Below are positions 1-6,471 of a DNA stretch of 10,018 bases, piece after piece. How positions within the stretch are numbered: position 1 is the stretch's first letter; every line of letters begins with the position of its first letter. The stretch spans positions 1-10,018 of the forward strand of contig CAZHPN010000206.1 in the NCBI GenBank assembly GCA_964534375.1. Reading direction: 5' to 3'. The notes below the pieces were generated by a model. That model searched no databases and was not told the DNA's origin. It saw only the letters and a program-made list of their open reading frames with translations. The position numbers and the translations under genes are program-made. Source of the DNA: an uncultured bacterium. GTDB taxonomy: Bacteria; Lernaellota; Lernaellaia; Lernaellales; Lernaellaceae.

Positions 1-1039
1 CGGCGCGCCGGATCAGCGCCGCCTCGACGAAATCGTGGCTCAGGATGTGCCCGCCGAACGGCGGTTTGCCGCGCAGTTCGGGCAGCCCCGCGGCCGACAT
101 GAACGCGCGCGTGCGAACGATTGCGTTATGGCCCCAAAACGTGGCCTCGCGGCCGGTCCACCAGGCGAGCCCGCGACCGAGCAACGGGCCGTAAACCGAG
201 CCCGCGAATTGCTGTATCCGGGCCATCAGCGTCGTGCCCCGGTGCAGGCTTGGCATGGTCTGGATCAGCCCGGCATCCGGGTCGGCTTCCATGCGGCGCG
301 CCAGTTCCACGACGGTCGCGCCGTCCATCAGGCTGTCGGCGTCGAGCATTAGCAAATGATCGTAACGGCTGCCCCAGCGCTCGCAGAAATCCTGGATATT
401 GCCGGATTTATGGGCCGTGTTGCGCAACCGCCGGCGATAATACACGCGCATCGACCCGGCCAACCGCCGGCGGAGCGTCCACACCGCCTCTTGTTCCGCT
501 CGCGCGACGTCGCCGTCGGTCGTGTCGCTGAGAATGAAAATATCGAACGAACCGCTCTCGCCAAGCGCCGCGATTCCGTGCGCCATTGCATCGAGCGCTG
601 CGGCGACGCGGGCGGCGTCCTCATTGTATGTCGGCATCAAGACCGCGGTGCGGCTCGACAGCGGCTCGGGGTTCGACGACTTCCGCCGCCGCCGAAACAT
701 GCTGCGCAAGAGACCGACGACGGACATCACAAACGGGAACGTGATCCACGTAATGTTGATCGCGAAAAGCACGAGGATCAGCATTTCGTCGGCGGACAGG
801 CCGTTGACGGACAACACCAGGCGCATCTCGTTGACGAGCAGCGCGGCGAGCACGACCGACGTTCCCAGCACCGAAAAGCGGCGCCAGCGCTCGGTCCGTG
901 TCGCCAACCTGCGGCGGACGGACTTGTCGAACCGCTTGAACTCCTGAGCGGGCATCGGCGCCGGCGTTTCCGGCGGCATGCCCGGCGCTTCTGGCTCCAT
1001 CGTCGGCGCGGCGCCGAAGTCGTTCAGGGCTTCGTCCAT
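1..1039 (-). CDS. mdoH: Glucans biosynthesis glucosyltransferase H (GT2 family), C-terminal part beyond the left window edge
   Basis: Not in the ORF track because no stop lies in the window; translated by hand. Starts MDEALNDFGAAPTMEPEAPGMPPETP and has two TM segments, then TAVLMPTYNED, DIFILSD, YYRRR..N.AHKSGNI.DFC.RWG, LMLDADSLM, AGLIQT, FWGHNAI.R and FGGHILSHDFVEAALIRRA, all hallmark MdoH/OpgH motifs. The ATG at 1039 overlaps the mdoG 3' end; an alternative in-frame ATG is at 1000. Confidence 0.96.
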   Translation of the reverse strand, partial: MDEALNDFGAAPTMEPEAPGMPPETPAPMPAQEFKRFDKSVRRRLATRTERWRRFSVLGTSVVLAALLVNEMRLVLSVNGLSADEMLILVLFAINITWITFPFVMSVVGLLRSMFRRRRKSSNPEPLSSRTAVLMPTYNEDAARVAAALDAMAHGIAALGESGSFDIFILSDTTDGDVARAEQEAVWTLRRRLAGSMRVYYRRRLRNTAHKSGNIQDFCERWGSRYDHLLMLDADSLMDGATVVELARRMEADPDAGLIQTMPSLHRGTTLMARIQQFAGSVYGPLLGRGLAWWTGREATFWGHNAIVRTRAFMSAAGLPELRGKPPFGGHILSHDFVEAALIRRA

Positions 1040-2607
1040 CGGTAAAGCCAAACCTCCGCCTTCCGACCGTCGTCGTATTTCAGGTCGACGCGAAGTTCGG
1101 ACAATTCCGTGTTTTCCGGGTCGAACACGAAGGTGACGCGATCGCCGTGCGTGAGCGGGTTGTCGCTGACGACCACGTTGCTGATTTTCCCGGCCGACGC
1201 GGCGACCGCCGCGTGGGGCAACGGACTTCGCCGGCCGTGCGGCGCAACGTTGGGCGAATAGTCGATGACGAAGCGGCGCACCGGCGTCGGGGCAAGCGGG
1301 TCCGCGCGGCCGTGGGCGGTCGCAATGACGCGAACGTGGTCGCTCGCGGCCTTCGGTTCCTCGCCCCAGGACAAACGGTAGCTTTGGCGTAGCTCCGCGC
1401 CCGTCCGGATGATTTCCTTGGAACGCCAAAAGGCCACGATGTTGTCGTGTATTTCGGCATCGGACGGTATTTCCACGAGAATCACCGAACCGGGGCCCCA
1501 GTCGCCGACCGGCTCGACCCACAAACTCGGCCGACGTTCGAATTGCTGCTCGAAATCTTGATAGTCGGCCGGGTTCCGATCGCGTTGCATGAGGCCGAAA
1601 CCCTGCGGCGCGTGGTCCCCGAACGCGCTGAGTTGCAGCAACGCGGGGTTGGCGAGCGGGCGCCAGATGTGCTCGCCGCGGCCGTTGAAGATGAGCAGGC
1701 CGTCGGAATCGTGGATTTGCGGCCGGAAGTCATCGGCCTTCCGGCGGCCGTTGAACGAGAACATGAACATGCTATTTCCGGGCGCGATGCCGATCTCGTC
1801 GAGGTCAACTCGCGGGAAGAGCACGGACTGCACATCCATGATCGTGTTCGCGCCGGGCTGAATGGCGAAGCGGAAGGCGCCCGAGACGCTCGGGCCGTCG
1901 AGCAGCGCGTGTACGACGACGGTCGTGCTCGATCGCGCGGGCTCTTCGATCCAGAACGCGCGGAAAATCACAAACTCCTCGCCCTTCGGGTCGCCCGTGC
2001 GCATCGCGAGGCCGCGCGCCGACAGCCCGTAACCCTGATTGCGCCCGACGGCGCGAAAATAGCTGGCGCCCTGGAAGACCGCGAACTCGTCGAAAAGGCG
2101 CGGCTTGTTGATCTGGAACTGCAGACGAATGCCGGAAAAACCGATGTCCTTCGCCGGCAGCGGGCCGGGCGCGACCTTGCCTGTGGTGAACATCTCCGGT
2201 CGGAACGCGACGTGCGTGGCCCTGCCATCTTTGACGAGCGCGATCTCCACCGCGGCGTTAAAAAGGTACCCGACCGGCAGAAGTTGCAACCGGAACCGGC
2301 TGCCGGGTTTGGTCCAGAATGTGGCCGACGGCGCGACGCGGATGTCGCGGTATTGGTCGTAATTCAGCTTGTCGATCGGCGGCGGCAGCGCCGTGTTTGG
2401 CGGCGCATAGGGCGACTTTGACAGCTTGCGGGCAATCTCGACGACGGTGCTCGCGTCGAATGCGCCGCTGCGTGCGTAGGTCGGGTCCGCATTGGCGCGC
2501 GATGAAAACAGCATGATCGACGCAACGGCGACGACGATCGTGGCCATACGCCGGCCGGAAAGTCGACCGTCGCCGCAGGAGAAGTTGTTTGCGGCCCGTT
2601 CCAACAT
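1024..2607 (-). CDS. mdoG: Periplasmic glucan biosynthesis protein G (MdoG/OpgG-OpgD family)
   Basis: Motifs LNYDQYRDIR, FQGASYFRA.G..Q.YGLSARGLA, GEEF..F.AFW, DDFRPQIHDSDGL, WRPL.NP, GFGLMQR.R, ERRPSLWVEP.GDWG.G, EIHDNIVAFW and EVWLYRWT. N-terminal signal peptide ends ANA|DP. The ATG at 2607 is preferred over 2619 because GGGAGG lies just upstream. It precedes mdoH as in the canonical operon. Confidence 0.95.
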   Translation of the reverse strand: MLERAANNFSCGDGRLSGRRMATIVVAVASIMLFSSRANADPTYARSGAFDASTVVEIARKLSKSPYAPPNTALPPPIDKLNYDQYRDIRVAPSATFWTKPGSRFRLQLLPVGYLFNAAVEIALVKDGRATHVAFRPEMFTTGKVAPGPLPAKDIGFSGIRLQFQINKPRLFDEFAVFQGASYFRAVGRNQGYGLSARGLAMRTGDPKGEEFVIFRAFWIEEPARSSTTVVVHALLDGPSVSGAFRFAIQPGANTIMDVQSVLFPRVDLDEIGIAPGNSMFMFSFNGRRKADDFRPQIHDSDGLLIFNGRGEHIWRPLANPALLQLSAFGDHAPQGFGLMQRDRNPADYQDFEQQFERRPSLWVEPVGDWGPGSVILVEIPSDAEIHDNIVAFWRSKEIIRTGAELRQSYRLSWGEEPKAASDHVRVIATAHGRADPLAPTPVRRFVIDYSPNVAPHGRRSPLPHAAVAASAGKISNVVVSDNPLTHGDRVTFVFDPENTELSELRVDLKYDDGRKAEVWLYRWTKP

Positions 2608-2689
2608 GCGCCCTCCCATTGCCCGGAGACTTCGTCAAGTTTCGCGAGCGACTGGCGCTCGTCGCCGCTGCCTCCGAAACGCCGGTTTG

Positions 2690-2717
2690 AATGTAGGGCC
2701 GTCGACGCACCGCGCAA
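2690..2717 (-). promoter_or_regulatory. Possible sigma70-type promoter for mdoGH
   Basis: Minus strand reads TTGCGC-N16-TACATT, about 80 nt upstream of the mdoG start and downstream of the terminator. Confidence 0.3.
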
Positions 2718-2800
2718 GGCGCAACGGTTGGGTCGGGCCGTCCAGCAAAGGATGTGCACAACAATGCGCAACGAGGCCGCTCCGACTGTTGATTGCCGGC

Positions 2801-2840
2801 AAAGAAAAACCCCCTGTTTCCATAATAGATTCAGGGGGTT
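2801..2840 (-). terminator. Rho-independent terminator downstream of the tRNA 3' fragment
   Basis: Minus strand reads AACCCCCTG-(15 nt)-CAGGGGGTT followed by TTTCTTT: a perfect 9-bp inverted repeat (2808-2816/2832-2840) plus a U-tract. Confidence 0.75.
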
Positions 2841-2847
2841 ACAGTTG

Positions 2848-2889
2848 CGCGGCTGGAGGGATTTGAACCCCCGGCCGACGGATTCGTAG
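2848..2889 (-). other. Attachment site (att core): 3' half of tRNA-Arg(ACG), not a complete tRNA
   Basis: Minus strand CTACGAA-TCCGT-CGGCC-GGGGG-TTCAAAT-CCCTC-CAGCCGC-G gives the anticodon loop (ACG), 3' anticodon strand, variable loop, T arm, 3' acceptor strand and discriminator. The upstream AAGCC cannot pair with TCCGT, and there is no D arm or 5' acceptor strand. The integrase stop codon is 4 nt away. Confidence 0.9.
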
Positions 2890-2893
2890 GGCT

Positions 2894-4015
2894 TCATCTT
2901 GGGACCGGATTCTTGTTTCCTTTCGATACGTTAGTCCGCATGGCCAAAACTGCTTTGACAATGGTTTGACAAGACGGCAGCTTGCCAATCTCGCGGATCA
3001 GGTCGGCATCAGTGACGCGCACGTACCGCTCCTGCACCGACCGCGCAAACGCCAAGTCGCGGCCGTGGCCCATTAAAACCTTACGGTAAATCTCATCGAC
3101 GCCGGCGCGGAGTAGTTCATTATGGAAAGCGGCGCGAAGATCGTGAATACGGAAATATCCGCCATCGCGTTGGGCGGCGCGAAACCCATTCGAGATGCCG
3201 AAGATTTTGCGGCCGTGATACGTCAGTACCGGCCCCTTGCCGCTCTCTGGACGCTCGCCGAGGGCCGCCCACAAGCCTTCACGAATCGGCACGCGGCCGA
3301 CCCTCTTGCGCGAAGCTGCCTGTTCCTGGGTCGGATAGATGATGCCGTCGTTCGTGATTTGCGCCCAATCCAAACCGATGATTGCGGCGCGCCGCAGTCC
3401 GGTGAAACGGGCGATCAAGAACAGACGACGGACGTGCTCGGATCGGCCGGCGCAGACGCGCAGCAAGTCATTGTCGGAAATTTCGCGCTCGATGACCGAT
3501 GGTTCCGGCAACGCCTTCAAGTACAGACAAGGATTGTGCGGCGGGTTGAGCCGTCCGGTACGAATTCCGAAGGTGTAGATCGCGGACAGCAGGGCCATTT
3601 CACGATTTACCGTCGCCGGCGCGATCAGACGGCCGTGTGTCCCTGTTTCCTTCGCGCGTTTGGCCTGATAGCGCACGGCCGCGTCAAGTTGCACGGCCCT
3701 GGCCGGAACTGCGCCAAAAAACTTTTTCAATTTTTCGGCACGCCAAACGTCGTCCGAGTAACTTTTCTTGGTCAACTTGGAATGTTTTAGGTATTCGTCG
3801 GCGAGCGCGTGGAACGTGAGCGCGCCGCCCGCGGCAACGCCAAGCAAAACCTCATCCTGCATTTCGGAAATCAGCTTGCGCTCGCGCGCTTCCGTCCATT
3901 TTCTGTTTCGATAGACGACTTCGCGCAGTCGTCGCGTGTGGCCGTCGCGCGTGATCGAAACGTCAATCTGCCAGCCGTGCCGACCATCGGGGGATTTGTA
4001 CGGACGAATCGGCAC
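2894..4015 (-). CDS. Tyrosine recombinase / phage integrase (373 aa)
   Basis: Arm-binding-type N-terminus (GWQIDVSI..GHTRRLRE), core-binding APATVNREMALLSAIY, and catalytic motifs TGLRR, HDLR, MGH and ERY. GTG start preceded by GGAG; abuts the att site. Confidence 0.95.
   Translation of the reverse strand: MPIRPYKSPDGRHGWQIDVSITRDGHTRRLREVVYRNRKWTEARERKLISEMQDEVLLGVAAGGALTFHALADEYLKHSKLTKKSYSDDVWRAEKLKKFFGAVPARAVQLDAAVRYQAKRAKETGTHGRLIAPATVNREMALLSAIYTFGIRTGRLNPPHNPCLYLKALPEPSVIEREISDNDLLRVCAGRSEHVRRLFLIARFTGLRRAAIIGLDWAQITNDGIIYPTQEQAASRKRVGRVPIREGLWAALGERPESGKGPVLTYHGRKIFGISNGFRAAQRDGGYFRIHDLRAAFHNELLRAGVDEIYRKVLMGHGRDLAFARSVQERYVRVTDADLIREIGKLPSCQTIVKAVLAMRTNVSKGNKNPVPR
2954..2972. repeat. 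Tandem direct repeat TTTGACAA x2, putative integrase arm-type binding sites
   Basis: TTTGACAA at 2954-2961 and 2965-2972 (11-bp period), about 65 bp inside the att core and within the integrase 3' end. Confidence 0.55.
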
Positions 4016-4062
4016 CGTTCACTCCATTCAGGCGGGGAATGGTAGAAGCCGCTCCCCGTCTG

Positions 4063-4650
4063 TTATTTTTTCGTGAAGTTGGTCCAGCGACCAACGATCT
4101 TAATAAGTCGTGCGCCTTTCGGAACATGACGCAACTCACCTCCGTCAATAGGATGAATCAGGCTTTTTCCTTTAAGCAGGAAACCGACAACGGCAAAGTC
4201 ATCATCGACGCAAAGCACCAGATCGCCGACTTTGGCGTTGTCAGATGGAACACAAGTGTATTCGTTTTCCCCCTCAGTGTAGACGAATGGCATATTCGGA
4301 ACCCCCCCCGCCCTGATGGCATGTGCATCCACCTTCGCTGTTTTGTCGTTTCGACGGGGAGCGACTTCACCGATTAACGCAAACGGTTCGAGGTTCAGTT
4401 TTTTCTCGACTACGGCAAGAGCTTCATGCGAGCAGCCGGCAGGACCGGCAAGAAACCAATCGGCCGGTATGCCCGTACAGGCGGCGATTTTGGGGACATG
4501 ACGCGCAGATGGGGCCGTGTCGTCACGATACCACGCATAGATTGTCGAGGCGGCCATGCCAGATTCACGCGCAAATTTGGCAACGCGGCCGTGGCCCCCG
4601 CCATACAGCGCCGTAATTGCTTGGTCGATTCTGGCTAAAATCTCATTCAT
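4063..4650 (-). CDS. CI-like repressor: XRE-family HTH plus degenerate S24/LexA-like C-terminal domain
   Basis: HTH segment VAKFARESGMAASTIYAWYRDDTAPSARHVPKIAACTGIPADWFL. The C-terminal region echoes S24 (LIGEVA.., VGDLVL, IKIVGR). It is divergent from the early operon and upstream of the integrase. ATG at 4650; in-frame TTG at 4656. Confidence 0.8.
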   Translation of the reverse strand: MNEILARIDQAITALYGGGHGRVAKFARESGMAASTIYAWYRDDTAPSARHVPKIAACTGIPADWFLAGPAGCSHEALAVVEKKLNLEPFALIGEVAPRRNDKTAKVDAHAIRAGGVPNMPFVYTEGENEYTCVPSDNAKVGDLVLCVDDDFAVVGFLLKGKSLIHPIDGGELRHVPKGARLIKIVGRWTNFTKK

Positions 4651-4730
4651 AATCAAATACTTATTGAATAATGAAGAAAGCCGTAAAATTCTTGTTGACT
4701 AAATTAGAGATTTCCATAATTATAAACCCC
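4651..4730. promoter_or_regulatory. AT-rich divergent control region (genetic switch) with a rightward promoter
   Basis: Very AT-rich relative to the flanks. TTGACT (4695-4700)-N17-AATTAT (4718-4723) on +. Palindromes TTATT-G-AATAA (4661-4671) and ATAATTAT (4716-4723). Confidence 0.7.
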
Positions 4731-4790
4731 ATGAAAACCCGCAAATCAGTCAAAACCAGCAAAACCAGCAACCGAGCGACGCTACCATGA
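4731..4790 (+). CDS. Putative 19-aa basic leader peptide / uORF (MKTRKSVKTSKTSNRATLP)
   Basis: The ATG lies 7 nt after the predicted -10 box. Its TGA overlaps the next ATG (ATGA 4787-4790), and the downstream gene has no clear SD. Confidence 0.45.
   Translation: MKTRKSVKTSKTSNRATLP
4751..4768 (+). repeat. 9-bp tandem repeat CAAAACCAG x2 with degenerate flanking copies
   Basis: 4733-4776 reads gaaaacccg caaatcagt caaaaccag caaaaccag caaccgag. Confidence 0.7.
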
Positions 4791-5083
4791 CCAGTGAACT
4801 TTTGTCCACCGGCGAAGTCGCAAGCCTTTTCGGCGTGTCGATTCCCACGATTCACAACTGGATCGCCGCCGGCCACCTGACGCCGGCGCACACGACCCCA
4901 GGCCGGCAACTCCGCTTCGATCGCTTGACGGTTATTGCCTTTCTTCATCGTCAATCTCGTCAACAAGGCGCGGCGGGTCGAGATTCCGCAATCGCAATCG
5001 AAGCGCCAGCCGACCCGACCCCGGCCCCGCCAGCATCGCCACCAGACGATCAAACGGAAGTTGAGGCCGCAGCAAATGCGTAA
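4787..5083 (+). CDS. Excisionase/BldC-like (HTH_17, truncated-MerR) DNA-binding protein at the cro position
   Basis: LLSTGEVASLFGVSIPTIHNWIAAGHL....TPGRQLRF is a typical truncated-MerR winged HTH, followed by a Pro/Ala/acidic low-complexity tail. Confidence 0.85.
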   Translation: MTSELLSTGEVASLFGVSIPTIHNWIAAGHLTPAHTTPGRQLRFDRLTVIAFLHRQSRQQGAAGRDSAIAIEAPADPTPAPPASPPDDQTEVEAAANA

Positions 5084-5360
5084 ACCCCTCGGCGGCATCG
5101 GCAATCTTGAGCCGCGCTTTCTCTCGGTCGATGGCGCGGTCATTTACAGCGGTCTGCCCCGTACTCAAATCCTCGACCTCGTGGCGCAGGGCGTTCTCAC
5201 GCACAAACGCAACGCCGCGCCCGACCCTCACTATTTCACTCGCGGCGGCAAGGGCCGGAAGGCTGGCGCAATCCTGATCTGCAAACAAAGCCTCGACGGC
5301 TTTCTTGATTCGCTTCCGGCGTATGGCGGCGCGACCGCTGCGGGTGGTTCTCATGCTTGA
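5076..5360 (+). CDS. Second excisionase/AlpA-like HTH protein (94 aa)
   Basis: Frame of ORF 4935..5360 with the start moved to ATG 5076 (GAGG upstream, ATGCGTAA overlap with the previous stop). PRFLSVDGAVIYSGLPRTQILDLVAQGVL...ILICKQSLDGFLDSLP resembles excisionases. Confidence 0.7.
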   Translation: MRKPLGGIGNLEPRFLSVDGAVIYSGLPRTQILDLVAQGVLTHKRNAAPDPHYFTRGGKGRKAGAILICKQSLDGFLDSLPAYGGATAAGGSHA

Positions 5361-5931
5361 CTTACATCACGAAACGCCGCGCCGGCCAATTATTACTTTT
5401 TCCGAAAGTGATAATCGGTCCTGGGAACTGCTCGCCGAGCTAATCGGGTCGGTTCGCGGAAAAAGCGCGACGTTCGCCCGCGCGATGAAAATTTCGGTTT
5501 CCCTCGTCCACAAATGGATCGAGCCGCCCGCGTCGGCGGAATCCCCCTACGGTTCGGGCGCGATCAACCCGCTTGATCGTATCGCGCAAATTTGCGCGGT
5601 GCTGACCAGCGACGGCCAACAAGAGCGCGCCGTCGAAACGGTGCGGTGGCTGGCGGCGCGCGTCGGTTGTCGCGTCGAGCGAATCCGGCCGGCGTCGGGC
5701 GAAATCGAAACGGTAATCCTCGAAACCCTCACGCTCGCCGCGAACAGCGGCGACGTGGTTTCCGCGGTGCGCGCGGCCCTGGCCGAGCAGCGGATTGACG
5801 CGAGGGCGGCGCGGGCGATCTTCGCGCGCCTTGACGCACTACACGAAGAAACCGAGGCGGTGCGGCGCTGCATCGAACTGCACGTCGCGGACAGCAGCGC
5901 CGGCCGGAAAACGAGGCGCGCCAATGGATGA
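5353..5931 (+). CDS. Phage regulatory protein, CII-like (186 CII/CP76-type), 192 aa
   Basis: ATG 5353 overlaps the previous stop (ATGCTTGA). HTH-like FARAMKISVSLVHKWIEP, then GAINPLDRI, VRWLAARVG and a helical C-terminus GDVV.AVRAALAEQRID. Position is typical of cII. Confidence 0.6.
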   Translation: MLDLHHETPRRPIITFSESDNRSWELLAELIGSVRGKSATFARAMKISVSLVHKWIEPPASAESPYGSGAINPLDRIAQICAVLTSDGQQERAVETVRWLAARVGCRVERIRPASGEIETVILETLTLAANSGDVVSAVRAALAEQRIDARAARAIFARLDALHEETEAVRRCIELHVADSSAGRKTRRANG

Positions 5932-6016
5932 CCGGGAACTCGTGAAAGAAATCATTTTCGGCGCGCTCTTTTTCGGCGCGATCTGCGCGGGCGTGATTGC
6001 GGTGTTTTCACTATGA
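5924..6016 (+). CDS. Small single-pass membrane protein (30 aa, MDDRELVKEIIFGALFFGAICAGVIAVFSL)
   Basis: GAGG at 5913-5916. Overlaps the upstream stop (ATGGATGA) and the downstream start (ATGA), exactly filling the gap. About 21 hydrophobic residues. Confidence 0.65.
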   Translation: MDDRELVKEIIFGALFFGAICAGVIAVFSL

Positions 6017-6471
6017 CAACCCCGCGCTGTCCCGATCATCATTACACGACCCTAAACACGCTGGTCGCGGTCCTGGCGTTGTCCGTTGCCGTTGTCGGCG
6101 GGTGCGCGCAAATCCTCAATCATTACAAAAGCCCTCCACAATTCAGCGCGCCCGCCGTCATCGTCAACGCCTCGCCCTCCCCCTCGTGCGCGGCCCCGAC
6201 CTACTACGTCGAACGGCCGGCGACCATCCACGACCCGACCACGCTCAAAGCCATCGCCGACTACAAAAAGACGGCGGCGTACAAGCGCGGCCGGGCCGAA
6301 CTTGAAGGACAACTATTTTTTGCCCTGCGTCCCATCGGGGGCCGGTGCAAATCCGCCGCTGAGAAATTCCAAGGCGCGAGCGCCGCGTACTACGTTTTTG
6401 CGTATTGCGGCGGGCGGGGCAACTCTCTAACACCCAGGACCGGAAAGGAGATACCGTGGAAAAAATCTTGA
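6013..6471 (+). CDS. Hypothetical membrane-anchored or secreted protein (152 aa), possible lipoprotein
   Basis: ATGA-coupled start. Hydrophobic LVAVLALSVAVVGG followed by Cys, then a Pro/Ser-rich linker. The 3' end overlaps the nuclease start. Confidence 0.55.
   Translation: MTTPRCPDHHYTTLNTLVAVLALSVAVVGGCAQILNHYKSPPQFSAPAVIVNASPSPSCAAPTYYVERPATIHDPTTLKAIADYKKTAAYKRGRAELEGQLFFALRPIGGRCKSAAEKFQGASAAYYVFAYCGGRGNSLTPRTGKEIPWKKS

Noticed and set aside
35..2421. Long plus-strand ORFs (e.g. 356..1045, 1447..2421)
   Set aside because: Antisense shadows of mdoH/mdoG, expected in GC-rich DNA, with no recognisable motifs.
1..2800. mdoGH as phage cargo
   Set aside because: They lie outside the att core and beyond the tRNA terminator, so are most simply host genes. 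A second nested island cannot be excluded from this window.
2848..2925. Complete tRNA-Arg gene
   Set aside because: The 5' half (acceptor strand, D arm, 5' anticodon strand) is absent and replaced by integrase coding sequence.
4733..4776. Mini-CRISPR array or iterons
   Set aside because: Units are only 9 bp, contiguous and without spacers, and no rep gene is adjacent.
6405..6433. Internal promoter TTGCGG-N17-TAACAC upstream of the nuclease
   Set aside because: The -10 lacks the conserved final T and lies within a coding region; too weak to call.
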